Virus record (IMG/VR): IMGVR_UViG_3300026334_000001
Span: 1 to 64,000 of that record
Direction: 5' to 3' (one strand)
DNA: 64,000 nt
From: a virus
Position 1 is the stretch's first letter. The number at the start of each line of letters is the position of its first letter. The translations under genes and the position numbers were made by a program. This document shows positions 20,208 through 31,400 of this stretch, piece after piece. The notes beneath the pieces were generated by a model. That model ran no database searches. It was not told the origin of the DNA and saw only the letters and a list, made by a program, of their open reading frames with translations.

Positions 20208-23200
20208 TACCATTAAAAGGCATGTTTTTAAACTGCTTACCTAGTAAGCAACCAGAAGGATTTGCAAGAAAAGTATATAATGGTATTATATCAAAAGCTA
20301 CAGGTTCATATAAAAATGAAGATGGTTTTTCGCAAATAGGTACTGGATATATTAATAGAACTCCTATAGGACAAGCTAACGCTAAATATGGAGATAAGAT
20401 TATATTCTCTATTCTAGCAGATAGTTCTGAAATAGGTATTGTAGATAAAAATGGTTTCTATACATCTAAGATTAATGATCCTAAATTAAATTTCAATATT
20501 GACTTTCCTATAGATGCAGAAGTAGAGTATAACTATAAAGGAGATTTAATTGTAGCATTTTCAGATTTCTACAATACTCCAAAGATAGTTAATCTAACTG
20601 ATCTTGCTTCCTATGATTTTGATAGTTCTAATCTATTTCCAGATGTAGCAGAACCTACAACTTCTTTTGCTATTAATGAAACAGGAGGTTCTTTATCTTC
20701 AGGTGCTTATTATGCAGCATTTAAATATAAGAATAATAATGGAGATGAAACATCTGCTACTAGAATAATTGGTCCTGTATTTATTACTGATGATATAATA
20801 AGTGTTGGATATACTAATTACGATGGTTGTCCTGCTGATACAGCTACAGCTAAATCAATAACATTTCACTTAGAGGGTTTAGATAATACTTATGATAAAT
20901 TAGTAACTGTTATTATATCTAAGATAGATGGAATATTAATAGCTAGAGAATATAAAGAAACTACAATAGGAGGTCCTACTTTAGATATTACTATTACTGG
21001 TAGTGAAGTTTTTACTGATTTAACTTTAACAGAAGTATTAACACCTGCTATTAAATATGATAAGATTAAACATCTCACACAATCACAAGGTTCTTTAATA
21101 GGTGCTTGGACAGTAGAAGCTACTCCAGTTAATCTACAACAATATGTAAATGTATTACAATTAGGATGGAAATCTGATATTATTACGAATGGATCTGACT
21201 TATTAAATTCAGATAAAATATTACATTCTAATAAAAGAGGTTTTTGTCATAATGAAGTATATGCAATGTATGTAAGATTCAAGATAAAAGGTCTTGGATT
21301 TACTAAAGCTTTTCATATACCTGGAAGAGCACCACAGAATATAGGATATGTAAGTCCTACAGTTACTATTCCACAACCTGAGAATACATTAAACAGTCTT
21401 CTTCTTGGATATGATACAACTTTGATGATAGATAAAACTATATCAGATCAAAGTAGATATTTTCAAACTAGAGATACAACTAAGAATCATACAGGAAGTT
21501 CTTCTGGTGGTTTTGGTGATTTTGGATTTTGGGAAAATAATGAGGAGTTCTATCCTGATACATTTGATTATGCTTATTTTAAAAATGGGGATGGAACGAT
21601 GCAAAAAGTAAGACATCATAGATTTCCATCATTTAATAAACTAAGGCAGCAGTTTTATAATAGTAGATCTAAATATGGAGTTTCAGAGTTAGATGTTTTA
21701 GGTTTATATGTAAAGAACTGGAGTGCTTTTACTTCTGCTGTACCAGCTGATGTATTGGCTACTATTGAAGGATATGAAATATTATATGCTAAAAGAAGTC
21801 CAGGAAATTCTACAGTTGCAGGTCAAAGTTTATTCTTATTAGCAGGTAATCCTAAAGGACATGGTAATGAAGGTATAGTTACTACTTCAGGAGGAAACTG
21901 GACAAATAATGAATCTGGTGATACTAGTGGTGATGATAATAATAATATACAACCAAATCAATTTAGAATGAGGTTTCATTCTTTTGATCTATTATTAAAT
22001 AAACCAGCTTTACAACCTACTTATATACTACAGGAATTTAAATTACGAGCAAATAACTTAAAGAATCATACTATTACAACTGATGATGATACACCAAGTA
22101 ATCCAAATGCACCAGGATTTGCATACCATATAGATTATGCAAGACCAGATCTACCAAGTGGAGAATTATTTTCTAGTGCTACTGATCCTAATTCATATAT
22201 AAGAAAGATTACTAATTTTAAGTATGTATTAAATAATTCTGTAGTAGATGATATGAATAATCTATTATCAGAAGAATTTATTAATGCTAATATTGATGGT
22301 ACAGTTCCAGTAAGTTTATCATTAACATATAACAATATGGATCTTCATGATAATGTAGCTTTACCAGATGCATTAGGTCCCTTAGATTATGAAGAATCAT
22401 ACTTGACTACAATGATGATGTTCAAACCAGATTTGTATATATCATTCTATTCACAGGAGTTAGTATCAACAGGAGCTTTTTTTAATACATTTAGTAGTGA
22501 TAATGTTTATGGAGGAGATATCTTTATAGGTTACTATGGATTTGTTACATATGCTAATACAGGTTTTACTTATTATGATAACATGAGAGGGGTTAGAGTT
22601 GTTAGGGGAGTAACTTGTGAATCTATTAGTAATATAGGTTTTAGGTATGAAGATCCTGCAAGAGCAATGACAGCTTATTATCCTAAACAGAAAATAACTT
22701 GGACTACAACAATCTTAGGGGGAGTTACAGTAACTAGAGGAACTACATGGATACTTGGAAAAGATAGAGCTAACAATCCTAATGAGATAGCATATAATCA
22801 TGACTATAATGCAGTTAATGATTTGAATGCTGCTTTTCCACATAATCCTTACGAGGTATTTATAGCAGAAGATCCATATAAAATTATCAAGAGTAAAACA
22901 TTCTCTAAAGAAGATAGAAGAGTAAGTTGGAGAACTTTCTTAGCAGATGATTATTTTGAGATGCCTAAGAATAGAGGTTACATAACTAATATAATGGGTA
23001 CGTTTGATACTCTATTTATTAATATGGAATTTGGTCTATTTAAAACTAGACCAATAGAAACTCTTAAAGTAGGAGATACAGAAACTACAGTTGGTAGTGG
23101 AGAGTTGTTTGATAATCCTCCTTCTGAAGTTATATATGATAAAGATGGTTATTGTGGATGTCAACATAAACATAGTTGTTTATTAACTAAGTATGGTTAC

Positions 23201-24043
23201 TTCTTTATAGATGCAGAAAGAAATAAGATATTCTTAGTTAGTGATACACCAGATGAAATAAGTGAACAAGGATTTAGAGAATACTTTATAGAGAATTTAG
23301 AAACTCTTGGAGATAATCCATATAAGAATGAAGGATATACATCTGCATGGGATGATGAAAATGAACGTATCATCTTCTCTAAAAGAAGCGGTACTCCATT
23401 CACAATGAGTTATACTCCTACCATGAAATCATTTACAAGCTTTCATGCATATAATCCAGATGTATTATTCAATGATAGACAAGGTGTTTATTCATTTAAG
23501 AACAATAAGATATATAGACATAATGATAAAACTAAGAAAGGTATTTATTATGATGCTGTAGTAAATCCATTCTATATAGTTAATGTATTTAATCAAGGAG
23601 CACAATATGATAAGTTATTCTTTAATGTTAAATGGGTAACAGAATCATATGAACCAGATGAATCACAAGTAAGAAATGATACATTTAATTCTATAGTTCT
23701 TTGGAATGGATATCAATCAAGTAATAAATTAACATTCACTCAATACGATGAAAGTAAAAGTTATGAAGCTAATTGGGAAGAAGTTAATCTAAGTAGGAGA
23801 TATTCAGAATGGTCATTTAATAGATTCAGAGATTTAGTAATAAATTATGATAATCTATTTATAGATGCAGATACTAATGTAGTTCCATCAAATTACGATT
23901 CTAGTAAATTACCTTTATCTCCTTTGAAGTTTGTAGATAAGTATTTGTTAATAAAATTAATATATGATAATAATTTTATTGATGGTCTACAAAATGATTT
24001 GTATTTTAATGATTATTCCGTAGACTTTCAAGTTATAAAATAA
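20204..24043 (+). CDS. Tail stabilization / muzzle protein (P22 gp10-like position)
   Basis: 1279 aa; LNF...PI, NEVYA, AFHIPGRAP, VRHHRFP, GGDIFI and GYFFID motifs of crAss stabilization proteins. Confidence 0.8.
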   Translation: MIPLKGMFLNCLPSKQPEGFARKVYNGIISKATGSYKNEDGFSQIGTGYINRTPIGQANAKYGDKIIFSILADSSEIGIVDKNGFYTSKINDPKLNFNIDFPIDAEVEYNYKGDLIVAFSDFYNTPKIVNLTDLASYDFDSSNLFPDVAEPTTSFAINETGGSLSSGAYYAAFKYKNNNGDETSATRIIGPVFITDDIISVGYTNYDGCPADTATAKSITFHLEGLDNTYDKLVTVIISKIDGILIAREYKETTIGGPTLDITITGSEVFTDLTLTEVLTPAIKYDKIKHLTQSQGSLIGAWTVEATPVNLQQYVNVLQLGWKSDIITNGSDLLNSDKILHSNKRGFCHNEVYAMYVRFKIKGLGFTKAFHIPGRAPQNIGYVSPTVTIPQPENTLNSLLLGYDTTLMIDKTISDQSRYFQTRDTTKNHTGSSSGGFGDFGFWENNEEFYPDTFDYAYFKNGDGTMQKVRHHRFPSFNKLRQQFYNSRSKYGVSELDVLGLYVKNWSAFTSAVPADVLATIEGYEILYAKRSPGNSTVAGQSLFLLAGNPKGHGNEGIVTTSGGNWTNNESGDTSGDDNNNIQPNQFRMRFHSFDLLLNKPALQPTYILQEFKLRANNLKNHTITTDDDTPSNPNAPGFAYHIDYARPDLPSGELFSSATDPNSYIRKITNFKYVLNNSVVDDMNNLLSEEFINANIDGTVPVSLSLTYNNMDLHDNVALPDALGPLDYEESYLTTMMMFKPDLYISFYSQELVSTGAFFNTFSSDNVYGGDIFIGYYGFVTYANTGFTYYDNMRGVRVVRGVTCESISNIGFRYEDPARAMTAYYPKQKITWTTTILGGVTVTRGTTWILGKDRANNPNEIAYNHDYNAVNDLNAAFPHNPYEVFIAEDPYKIIKSKTFSKEDRRVSWRTFLADDYFEMPKNRGYITNIMGTFDTLFINMEFGLFKTRPIETLKVGDTETTVGSGELFDNPPSEVIYDKDGYCGCQHKHSCLLTKYGYFFIDAERNKIFLVSDTPDEISEQGFREYFIENLETLGDNPYKNEGYTSAWDDENERIIFSKRSGTPFTMSYTPTMKSFTSFHAYNPDVLFNDRQGVYSFKNNKIYRHNDKTKKGIYYDAVVNPFYIVNVFNQGAQYDKLFFNVKWVTESYEPDESQVRNDTFNSIVLWNGYQSSNKLTFTQYDESKSYEANWEEVNLSRRYSEWSFNRFRDLVINYDNLFIDADTNVVPSNYDSSKLPLSPLKFVDKYLLIKLIYDNNFIDGLQNDLYFNDYSVDFQVIK

Positions 24044-26505
24044 TGGCAAAGAAAAAAACATATAAAATGTATGCTGGTGGTGGATGGATGGATAAGAATA
24101 GCGGAGCTGTACAAGCAGGAGCTACTTTTTTAGCAGATACCATGACATCATTTGAAAGACCTAATAAAGCTAATGTAGGATTAAAAACAGGAGAAGGTGC
24201 TTTAACTGGTGCGGCTGCCGGTACAGCTGTACTTCCAGGAATTGGTACTGCTGTAGGTGCTGGTATAGGAGCTGTATCTGGATTAGTTGGAGGTCTAGCT
24301 GAAAAGAAAAGATTACGACAAGAACAAGAGATAGCGGCTAAACAATATATAGACCAAGCAACTAAACAATCAGCAGCTAGATATAGTGCTTATGATACTC
24401 AAGGTCAACAAGGAGTTCAATACTTTGCTGATGGAGGAGAAGTAGAAAATCCTCAATATGAAGTAGAAAAGGGGGAAGTTGTTCAAGGTAATGATACAAA
24501 TCTAGAAGAGCAGAATAATATAGCTTCTGATCTGACTGTAGCTGGAGGAGCTACTCATGAGAATGGCGGTACTCTTGGAGAAGGTGGAGATAGAGTTTAT
24601 TCTGATAGAATTAAGTTATCATCATCAGCCCTTTCTTTCCTAGAAGGTGCAGGAATTAATGTAAAGAAAGGAGCTACTTACGCAGAAGCAGCAACTCTTC
24701 TAGGAAAGAAGAAGGGGGAAGCTGAAGAAAAAACAGAATCTAACTTTTACCCTAGTAAAAATACAGGTAAAAGAGAAGCTAATAGAATTGATACTGGTCT
24801 TGATGTATTATTCAATTTACAAGAATCAGAAAAAGGAGAACAAATGGCAACAAATAAGTTTGCTCAAGGTGGAGGCTTAGATAGAAGTGAAGACTATGGA
24901 TCTAAGAAGAAACCTTATCCATCAGTAGAATCTGGAGATTTTGCTGGTGGAGGAAGATCATATCCTATTCCTACTAGAGCAGATGCGGTAGATGCTCTAA
25001 GATTAGCAGGTCTTCATGGAAGATCAGATGTTAAAGCTAAAGTATATGCTAAATATCCAGATCTTAAGAAAAAAGCATATGGAGGTCTTGTACCAGAATA
25101 TGCTAATGGTGGATTATTGGATGTACCAACAGGTCCAAGAAAACCAGGAGATATATTAGCAGCAGGTCAGACAAGTAGAGCTGGAGGAGTTACTACAACC
25201 TATCAAGCTCCTGTTACAACGCCTCAAGACTGGGGTGGAGCTGATTATGTAGCAAGAACTCAACTAGATGCTTCTACAACTATAGATCCAATAACAGAGA
25301 AATTAAGAACTGCTCCAACAACTATACAATCTGCAAAACCAGCAATTCCAGTAAACAGAGCTATGGAATTTCCTAATGCTATACCATTAACTAGACCTAG
25401 TTATGCACCAGTAAGTCATTATGCTTTAGGTGGTAATATAGGAGATGAAGAGATGCCAGAATATGCAGGTGGGGGAAGAAACTTTAAATCTGGAGCTGCT
25501 TATAAAGCATGGTTAGCATATGGTCATGCATCGGGTGAGTTTGCTAAAACACCTGGTCATCAAGATGTATCTATTAGAGGTAAAGCAAAAACAGTAGAAC
25601 ATGCACAAGGAGGTAATCTTCCAGATTGGTTATATGAAGCTAGAGGAAATAAATTTGCAGATGGTGGAAATATAGGTGCAGCTACTAGATTCAGAACTCC
25701 TCAAGCTACTGGAGTACCTCCAGAACCAGATCAATCATATCAATTTCCTACTGCAACAACAGCAACACAGAATTTAGCTGATATAAGACAACAAAGAGCA
25801 GTAACAGAAGATCCTACCTTTGGTACATGGACACCTGAAGGACAACGTACAGATGTATCAGCACCTACAATTGCAATGCCTACAGCTCAACCAGAATCAT
25901 TTGGACAGAAGTTGGCTACAGGCATTCAAGAAAATCAAGGACAGTTATTAAATTTAGGTTCATATCTAGCAAATTTAGGAGCTATTAAAAAGATAAGTAC
26001 TACAGTACCTCGTACTTATGTACCTCTTCCATCTTATGAGTATACTGATAGATCTGGTTTAGCTAAAGCTAACATTCAACAAGCTTTTAGAACGGCTCAA
26101 AAAGGATTAACTTCTACATCATCGGGTGGTACAGCAGCTAATCTTGGAGCAGCATATGCTAAAACACTAGATGCTCTTAATCAAGCTCAACAAGCAGAGA
26201 ATGTAAGAAGAGATCAGTATAGAGGAGAATTTGCTCAAAGAATGGGTGCTACTCAAGCAGCTAATGTAGCTATAACTAATCAAGCATTAGATCAAGAACT
26301 CGCATTAAAAAATAGAAAATATGCAGAATTACCAGTAGCAGCAAGAAATGCACTTCTTCAAGGTATAATGGGTAATGTTGCAGTTAAACAACAGAAGGAA
26401 TTAGACAAGACGAAGATGGCTTTGTCTGGTTATCTATATGATCAAGGAACAGGAGTAATGGGAAGATTACCTGCTGATCTTAAAAAACGTTTGGGTATAA
26501 TATAA
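24043..26505 (+). CDS. Cargo / ejection protein with glycine-zipper TM and [YFHK]AxGG repeats
   Basis: GALTGAAAGTAVLPGIGTAVGAGIG zipper, EVEKGE and GATHENGG motifs; lies between the muzzle and vRNAP genes. Confidence 0.7.
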   Translation: MAKKKTYKMYAGGGWMDKNSGAVQAGATFLADTMTSFERPNKANVGLKTGEGALTGAAAGTAVLPGIGTAVGAGIGAVSGLVGGLAEKKRLRQEQEIAAKQYIDQATKQSAARYSAYDTQGQQGVQYFADGGEVENPQYEVEKGEVVQGNDTNLEEQNNIASDLTVAGGATHENGGTLGEGGDRVYSDRIKLSSSALSFLEGAGINVKKGATYAEAATLLGKKKGEAEEKTESNFYPSKNTGKREANRIDTGLDVLFNLQESEKGEQMATNKFAQGGGLDRSEDYGSKKKPYPSVESGDFAGGGRSYPIPTRADAVDALRLAGLHGRSDVKAKVYAKYPDLKKKAYGGLVPEYANGGLLDVPTGPRKPGDILAAGQTSRAGGVTTTYQAPVTTPQDWGGADYVARTQLDASTTIDPITEKLRTAPTTIQSAKPAIPVNRAMEFPNAIPLTRPSYAPVSHYALGGNIGDEEMPEYAGGGRNFKSGAAYKAWLAYGHASGEFAKTPGHQDVSIRGKAKTVEHAQGGNLPDWLYEARGNKFADGGNIGAATRFRTPQATGVPPEPDQSYQFPTATTATQNLADIRQQRAVTEDPTFGTWTPEGQRTDVSAPTIAMPTAQPESFGQKLATGIQENQGQLLNLGSYLANLGAIKKISTTVPRTYVPLPSYEYTDRSGLAKANIQQAFRTAQKGLTSTSSGGTAANLGAAYAKTLDALNQAQQAENVRRDQYRGEFAQRMGATQAANVAITNQALDQELALKNRKYAELPVAARNALLQGIMGNVAVKQQKELDKTKMALSGYLYDQGTGVMGRLPADLKKRLGII

Positions 26506-26521
26506 ATATTATTTATATTTA
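26490..26521 (+). promoter_or_regulatory. Bacteroidota-type promoter (TTTG-N20-TATATTTA) upstream of the cargo/vRNAP genes
   Basis: Consensus match with canonical spacing just before ATG 26549. Confidence 0.5.
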
Positions 26522-26548
26522 GGAGATTTATTATTAAGATATAATCTC

Positions 26549-28411
26549 ATGCCCGAATATAATACTAACTTACAATTTCAACCATACGTAACTCCTTATG
26601 CTGGCGCGCCAACTAAGGAGTTTGACGTTTTGGGGCAAACTCTATCTAATAGATACGAAGAGAATCTAGCTAAGATGGATGAATTAGATATGTATGTGAA
26701 TAAGATGCAAACTCTAGCAGGAGATCAACCTTTGAAGCAACAATTAATATCTGATACAAGAGGTATTGTTTCTGATATTAGAAAAGCAGGTAATTGGGAA
26801 AATGCACGTAATCAAGTAAGAGAAGTTGCTAGACGTATTGGTGGAGATGCTGTTCTTGGAAAAGCCCAAGAGAATTACAAGAAAGCACAAGAGATGCAAG
26901 ATATAATGGCTAAGATGAAAGTTCAAGGTCAAACACCTCTTGTATTTGGTGATGTATCTAATTTTACTACTGTTGATCCATCTACAGGACAAGTAAGAGA
27001 TTTTACTCCAGATGTACAAAAGCAATTGGATTACGATACTAGAAGAAAAACATACTTCGATCAAATGGAAGCTGATGCTCAAGCAGCACAAGGTGGAGGG
27101 TATAGACAAAATCCACAAACAGGAGTATGGGAACAAGTATCTAGTGGTCAAAGTGTAAAAGGAATCTTTGAACCTAAGATCAGAGCGCAAGCAGCTAGAA
27201 GTATTGGTAATTACTTAACTACTGATGAAGGTCAACAAGAATTTAGAGTGCTTACAGAGAAACATGGTTTTACTCCACAACAAGCTAAAAATGAACTACA
27301 ACAGAGATTGTATAATACTGGAATGGAGAAAGTATTTAAGCAAGTATCTAGAGAGCAACAAGCACAAATGGTTCCTGGTCAAATGGGAGCTGGAGCAGGG
27401 GCAGGATATAGTCCTTTCGATCAAACTGTAACAGTTAAGACAGAAGTAACTCCAGAGGGCAAAGCAAAAGAATTCAGAAATACTATTAGTAGTGCATTTG
27501 ATACTAGTGTTCCAATAGAGCAAAGAAAGAATCAGCAATATGAATTAACTACTAAGTTAGAGCATATGGCTAAAACTGGAGATGCAGATGCTAAAAAGTA
27601 TGCTACTCAATATCTTAGTTTGATTAACGATGTTAAGAATACATATAAAGGAAAAGCAGATGATGTAATGAACATTATTACTAATGGTAAGATTGATGAT
27701 GTAATTGCTAATACTCCTGTATTTGGAGAGAAGTTAAATAAATTATATCAAAATTTTGCAGGTCTTAAAGGAGAATCAACTAATCATCCATTATTAGGAT
27801 TTGATACTCATTTTGAGAATCAGTGGGAAGCAGTTAAACCAGATAGGCAAATACCTATGGTTAAACCTGACTTAAGTAAATTAACTTCAGATCAACGTAG
27901 TACAGTTAAAGCCGCTGCTACAGATTATAATAAAGAAGATTTTACATTTGTAAGATCAGATAATCCTAAAGTTAAATCTATGGATGACCTTGAAGGAGAT
28001 GTTAAAATTAAAGCTGTATCTAGAGGTAAATTGATGAGTGGTTTAGGAACTGGTTTATTAATAGAAGATAGCAAAGGAAATCAAGTATGGACTACTCCTA
28101 AATCTAAAGAAGTAACAAATAGCTTCTTACAACAATGGGGAATGCCAGAACAGATATATCTTAATGATGTAGCTACAGGAAGTCAAGGATTAAATCAAGC
28201 TCTTACAGATTATCAATTAGTAAAAGCAGGTAGAGTTGAACCTAAGATGGCTCAAGGTGTATTAAAAACAATGTTTGATTATTCGCATATCTTACAACAA
28301 GCTATGCCTGATGAACCAGAAGCAAAAAATCTGTATAAAACAGTAGGTAATAAGAGAGAGATCAATACAGAGAACTTAATGAAACTAGCAGAAAAATATC
28401 AATATAAATAA
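26549..28411 (+). CDS. Putative cargo / ejection protein
   Basis: N-terminal YVTPYAGAP followed by helical Q-rich sequence, as in genes preceding crAss vRNAPs. Confidence 0.6.
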   Translation: MPEYNTNLQFQPYVTPYAGAPTKEFDVLGQTLSNRYEENLAKMDELDMYVNKMQTLAGDQPLKQQLISDTRGIVSDIRKAGNWENARNQVREVARRIGGDAVLGKAQENYKKAQEMQDIMAKMKVQGQTPLVFGDVSNFTTVDPSTGQVRDFTPDVQKQLDYDTRRKTYFDQMEADAQAAQGGGYRQNPQTGVWEQVSSGQSVKGIFEPKIRAQAARSIGNYLTTDEGQQEFRVLTEKHGFTPQQAKNELQQRLYNTGMEKVFKQVSREQQAQMVPGQMGAGAGAGYSPFDQTVTVKTEVTPEGKAKEFRNTISSAFDTSVPIEQRKNQQYELTTKLEHMAKTGDADAKKYATQYLSLINDVKNTYKGKADDVMNIITNGKIDDVIANTPVFGEKLNKLYQNFAGLKGESTNHPLLGFDTHFENQWEAVKPDRQIPMVKPDLSKLTSDQRSTVKAAATDYNKEDFTFVRSDNPKVKSMDDLEGDVKIKAVSRGKLMSGLGTGLLIEDSKGNQVWTTPKSKEVTNSFLQQWGMPEQIYLNDVATGSQGLNQALTDYQLVKAGRVEPKMAQGVLKTMFDYSHILQQAMPDEPEAKNLYKTVGNKREINTENLMKLAEKYQYK

Positions 28412-28414
28412 GGT

Positions 28415-31400
28415 ATGTCAAAGAAAAGAAGTTTACCACAAGCTCCAATAGATTATACTAATCCATCGGATGAAGATATTGCAAGAGGGTTAAAACAATA
28501 TGGAGTTAGTCCTTACTTAACGCCAGCTCGTCCAGAAAGTGCTATTGAATATGGTACAGATGTAAGTCAGTATGGAACTGGACTTATAGGAGAAAAAGGT
28601 GGTGAAGGTTTCATAACTGCTCCCGAAGAACAGTTTCAAGATATAGCTGCTCAAAATCAAGGAGCTGGTTCAATGCTCTTAAGAGGAACAGGTAGATTAC
28701 TTGGAGGAGCTGCTATGAAAACTCTTGAAGGGTTTTCTTTGTTAGGTTCTGGAGTACTAGGAGGTATATATGATGCTACTGGATTAGATCAAGCTATTGG
28801 TGGTAAAGAAATGACTTGGGATGATTATGTAGATAATCCTGTTAATAATACTTTATTCAAAGCAGAAGATTGGATGAAGAGTAAAATGCAGATTTATAAA
28901 CCAAGTGATTGGAATAGTAAGTCTTTTCTAGAACAAGTTTCTTCTGGTGCTTGGTGGGCAGATGAAGGATCAGATGCAGCTGCATTTGCTCTATCTACAT
29001 TACTTCCAGCTGGATTATTAGGAGATGCTGGTATAGGTGCTAAAATGATGGGAACTGTTGGAGAAGGTGCTGGTATGATTGATGAAGCAGGACAAGTACT
29101 TAATTCTGGAACTAAAGTAGCTAAAGCTCTTAATGGTGGAGCTAAAGCTTTAAATAAAGTATCACAAGCATTAAATTTTGGTGAAGTTGGAATGCTTAAC
29201 TTACCAAAGACAGCAGGAACAATAGATAACTTAGTTACTAATGCATTGATGACTACATCAGAAGCTTTATTTGAAGCTAGAGATACTGGTCAACAAATGA
29301 AGCAGGAAGTAGTTAAGAAGTGGAATGAAACATATCCAAATCAGAAAGTTAGTGACTTTGAAGAACTACCAGATCAAGTTAAGCAAACAGAGAAAGAAAA
29401 GATGTCTGGTAATCAGAGAGATACTTTCTTAGCTAACTTAGCAGCTCTATCATTTACTAATAAGTTTGAAACAGCATTATTAAATAAGTTTGGTTCTCAA
29501 ACTGCTAAAGCAGGTCTTAAAGCTTTGGAGGTATCAGATGAATTACTTACACCAGCAGCTAGATTAACTAAGAAAGGAATTTCAGGTTTCTTTGAAAATA
29601 CAGGTTTAAAATCTGCATTAAAAGAAGCTGCTACTGGAGCATTTATGGAAGGTATCTTAGAAGAAAATATTCAAAGTGCTATTCAAAATGTAAGTCAACA
29701 TTATAGTGGTAATGGAAAAGATAACTGGTTTTTAGATGCTTTAGATTATACAGGTGATGTTGTTAAAGGATCATTTGATAATTTATCAGATCAAGAAGCA
29801 TGGAAGTCTATTGGTTCTGGTATGGTTATTGGTGCATTAAGTGGTGTAATAGGTGGATTTAAAGAACACAGACAAGAAGTAAAAGATGCTAATCATGTTG
29901 CAGGTAGATTAAATGAAGCTACTAATAACTTCTTAAATGTAGGAAATGCTTTATACGAAAGAATTCCAGTTATTGATGAACAAGGTAATCCAACAGGAGC
30001 TACCAAAATTAAATTAGATCAAGAAGGAAATCCATTATATAATAATGAAGCTCTTAATAGATTCATGGCTAATCAAGCTATGGTTTCTTCATTAGAATCA
30101 ATTGCAGATCTTTATCAATCTACAGGAAATGAGGAGATAGCAAGTTACGTTAAGAATGAAGCTTTCTCTAAATGGGCGCAAGCACATTTAGAATCTGGAT
30201 TAGGAGAAGAAATGTATGCCAAGTTAAAGAAACTTGGAACAATGAAAGATACGGATCTTCTACAATCTAATATACCAATTACTACTGTACAAGGAGAAAA
30301 GGTATCTTCACAAGCAATAGCTAATCAATATATAGCTAAAGCTAAGGAGTTAGAAGCAGATTATAGACAAATATCTAAAACAATACCAGCTGAACAATCA
30401 GGTCGTATTGATAATGCATATCAAACTAAATCTAGATTAAGGGAATTAGGTAAACTTAAGGATGCTTTAAATTTAAAGCTAGGAGATTATCAGAATAAAA
30501 TTAGATCTGGTAATGATACAGTTGATCTTATTAATAGAAAGGTAACTCAATTAGAAGCATCTAAAGCACAATCGGAGTTCTTTGTAAATGCTAGTGGAGA
30601 AAATGCACAAGCTTATTTGAGTTCATTAGATAGACTTGAGAAAGAAATAACTCAATTAAAAGCAGATAATAAGGATATGTTACAGGATCAAGGTCATGAT
30701 GTAACTCCAGGTATTGAACCTATTCCTTATCAAACAGCTGGAATGTTTAAGTCTGATTTTCAAGATTACACTAAAACTAATGATAAACTTGCTGCTATTG
30801 AAGGTGGTTCAGCAGAATTAATGGATCATTATAATGGTGTTATTGATTATAAAAATGGCGAAGAGTTTTATAATAACTATCTAAATCAAGGAGTTGCAGG
30901 ACATAATCTTAAATCTGAACTTGAAAAAGCTGTAACTGAACAACAAGCAGTTGTAGATAGACAAGAAGAAGATCAATGGCGAGAGTTTCAAGATAATCTT
31001 AAACAAGGAGATTTCTTAGAAACTCCTACTGAACAAGGTTATGTAGCTAAAGATGCAGATGGAAATTTAACTTTTAATAATAGAATTATAACTCCAGCAG
31101 TTCTTAGAGCATTACAACCAACTAAAGTTAGTGAAGCTGATGTAGCTTTACGTAAACAAGAAGCTTTAGATAATACTCGTAGAAATCAAATGCAAGCTAG
31201 AGTAACTGGTAATCTTCAAGATATATCAGTACTTAATGATGCTATTAGACGTGGAGAAGATGGATTATTGAATAATCAAATTGAATTAGAAAAATTAATA
31301 AACAAATCAAATGGTAAAGCTAACAGCACTCAAAATCAAATTGCTAAACAAATTGAAGCAGTTAAGGGCACGATAGATGAAATTCAATCTGGATTAGATG

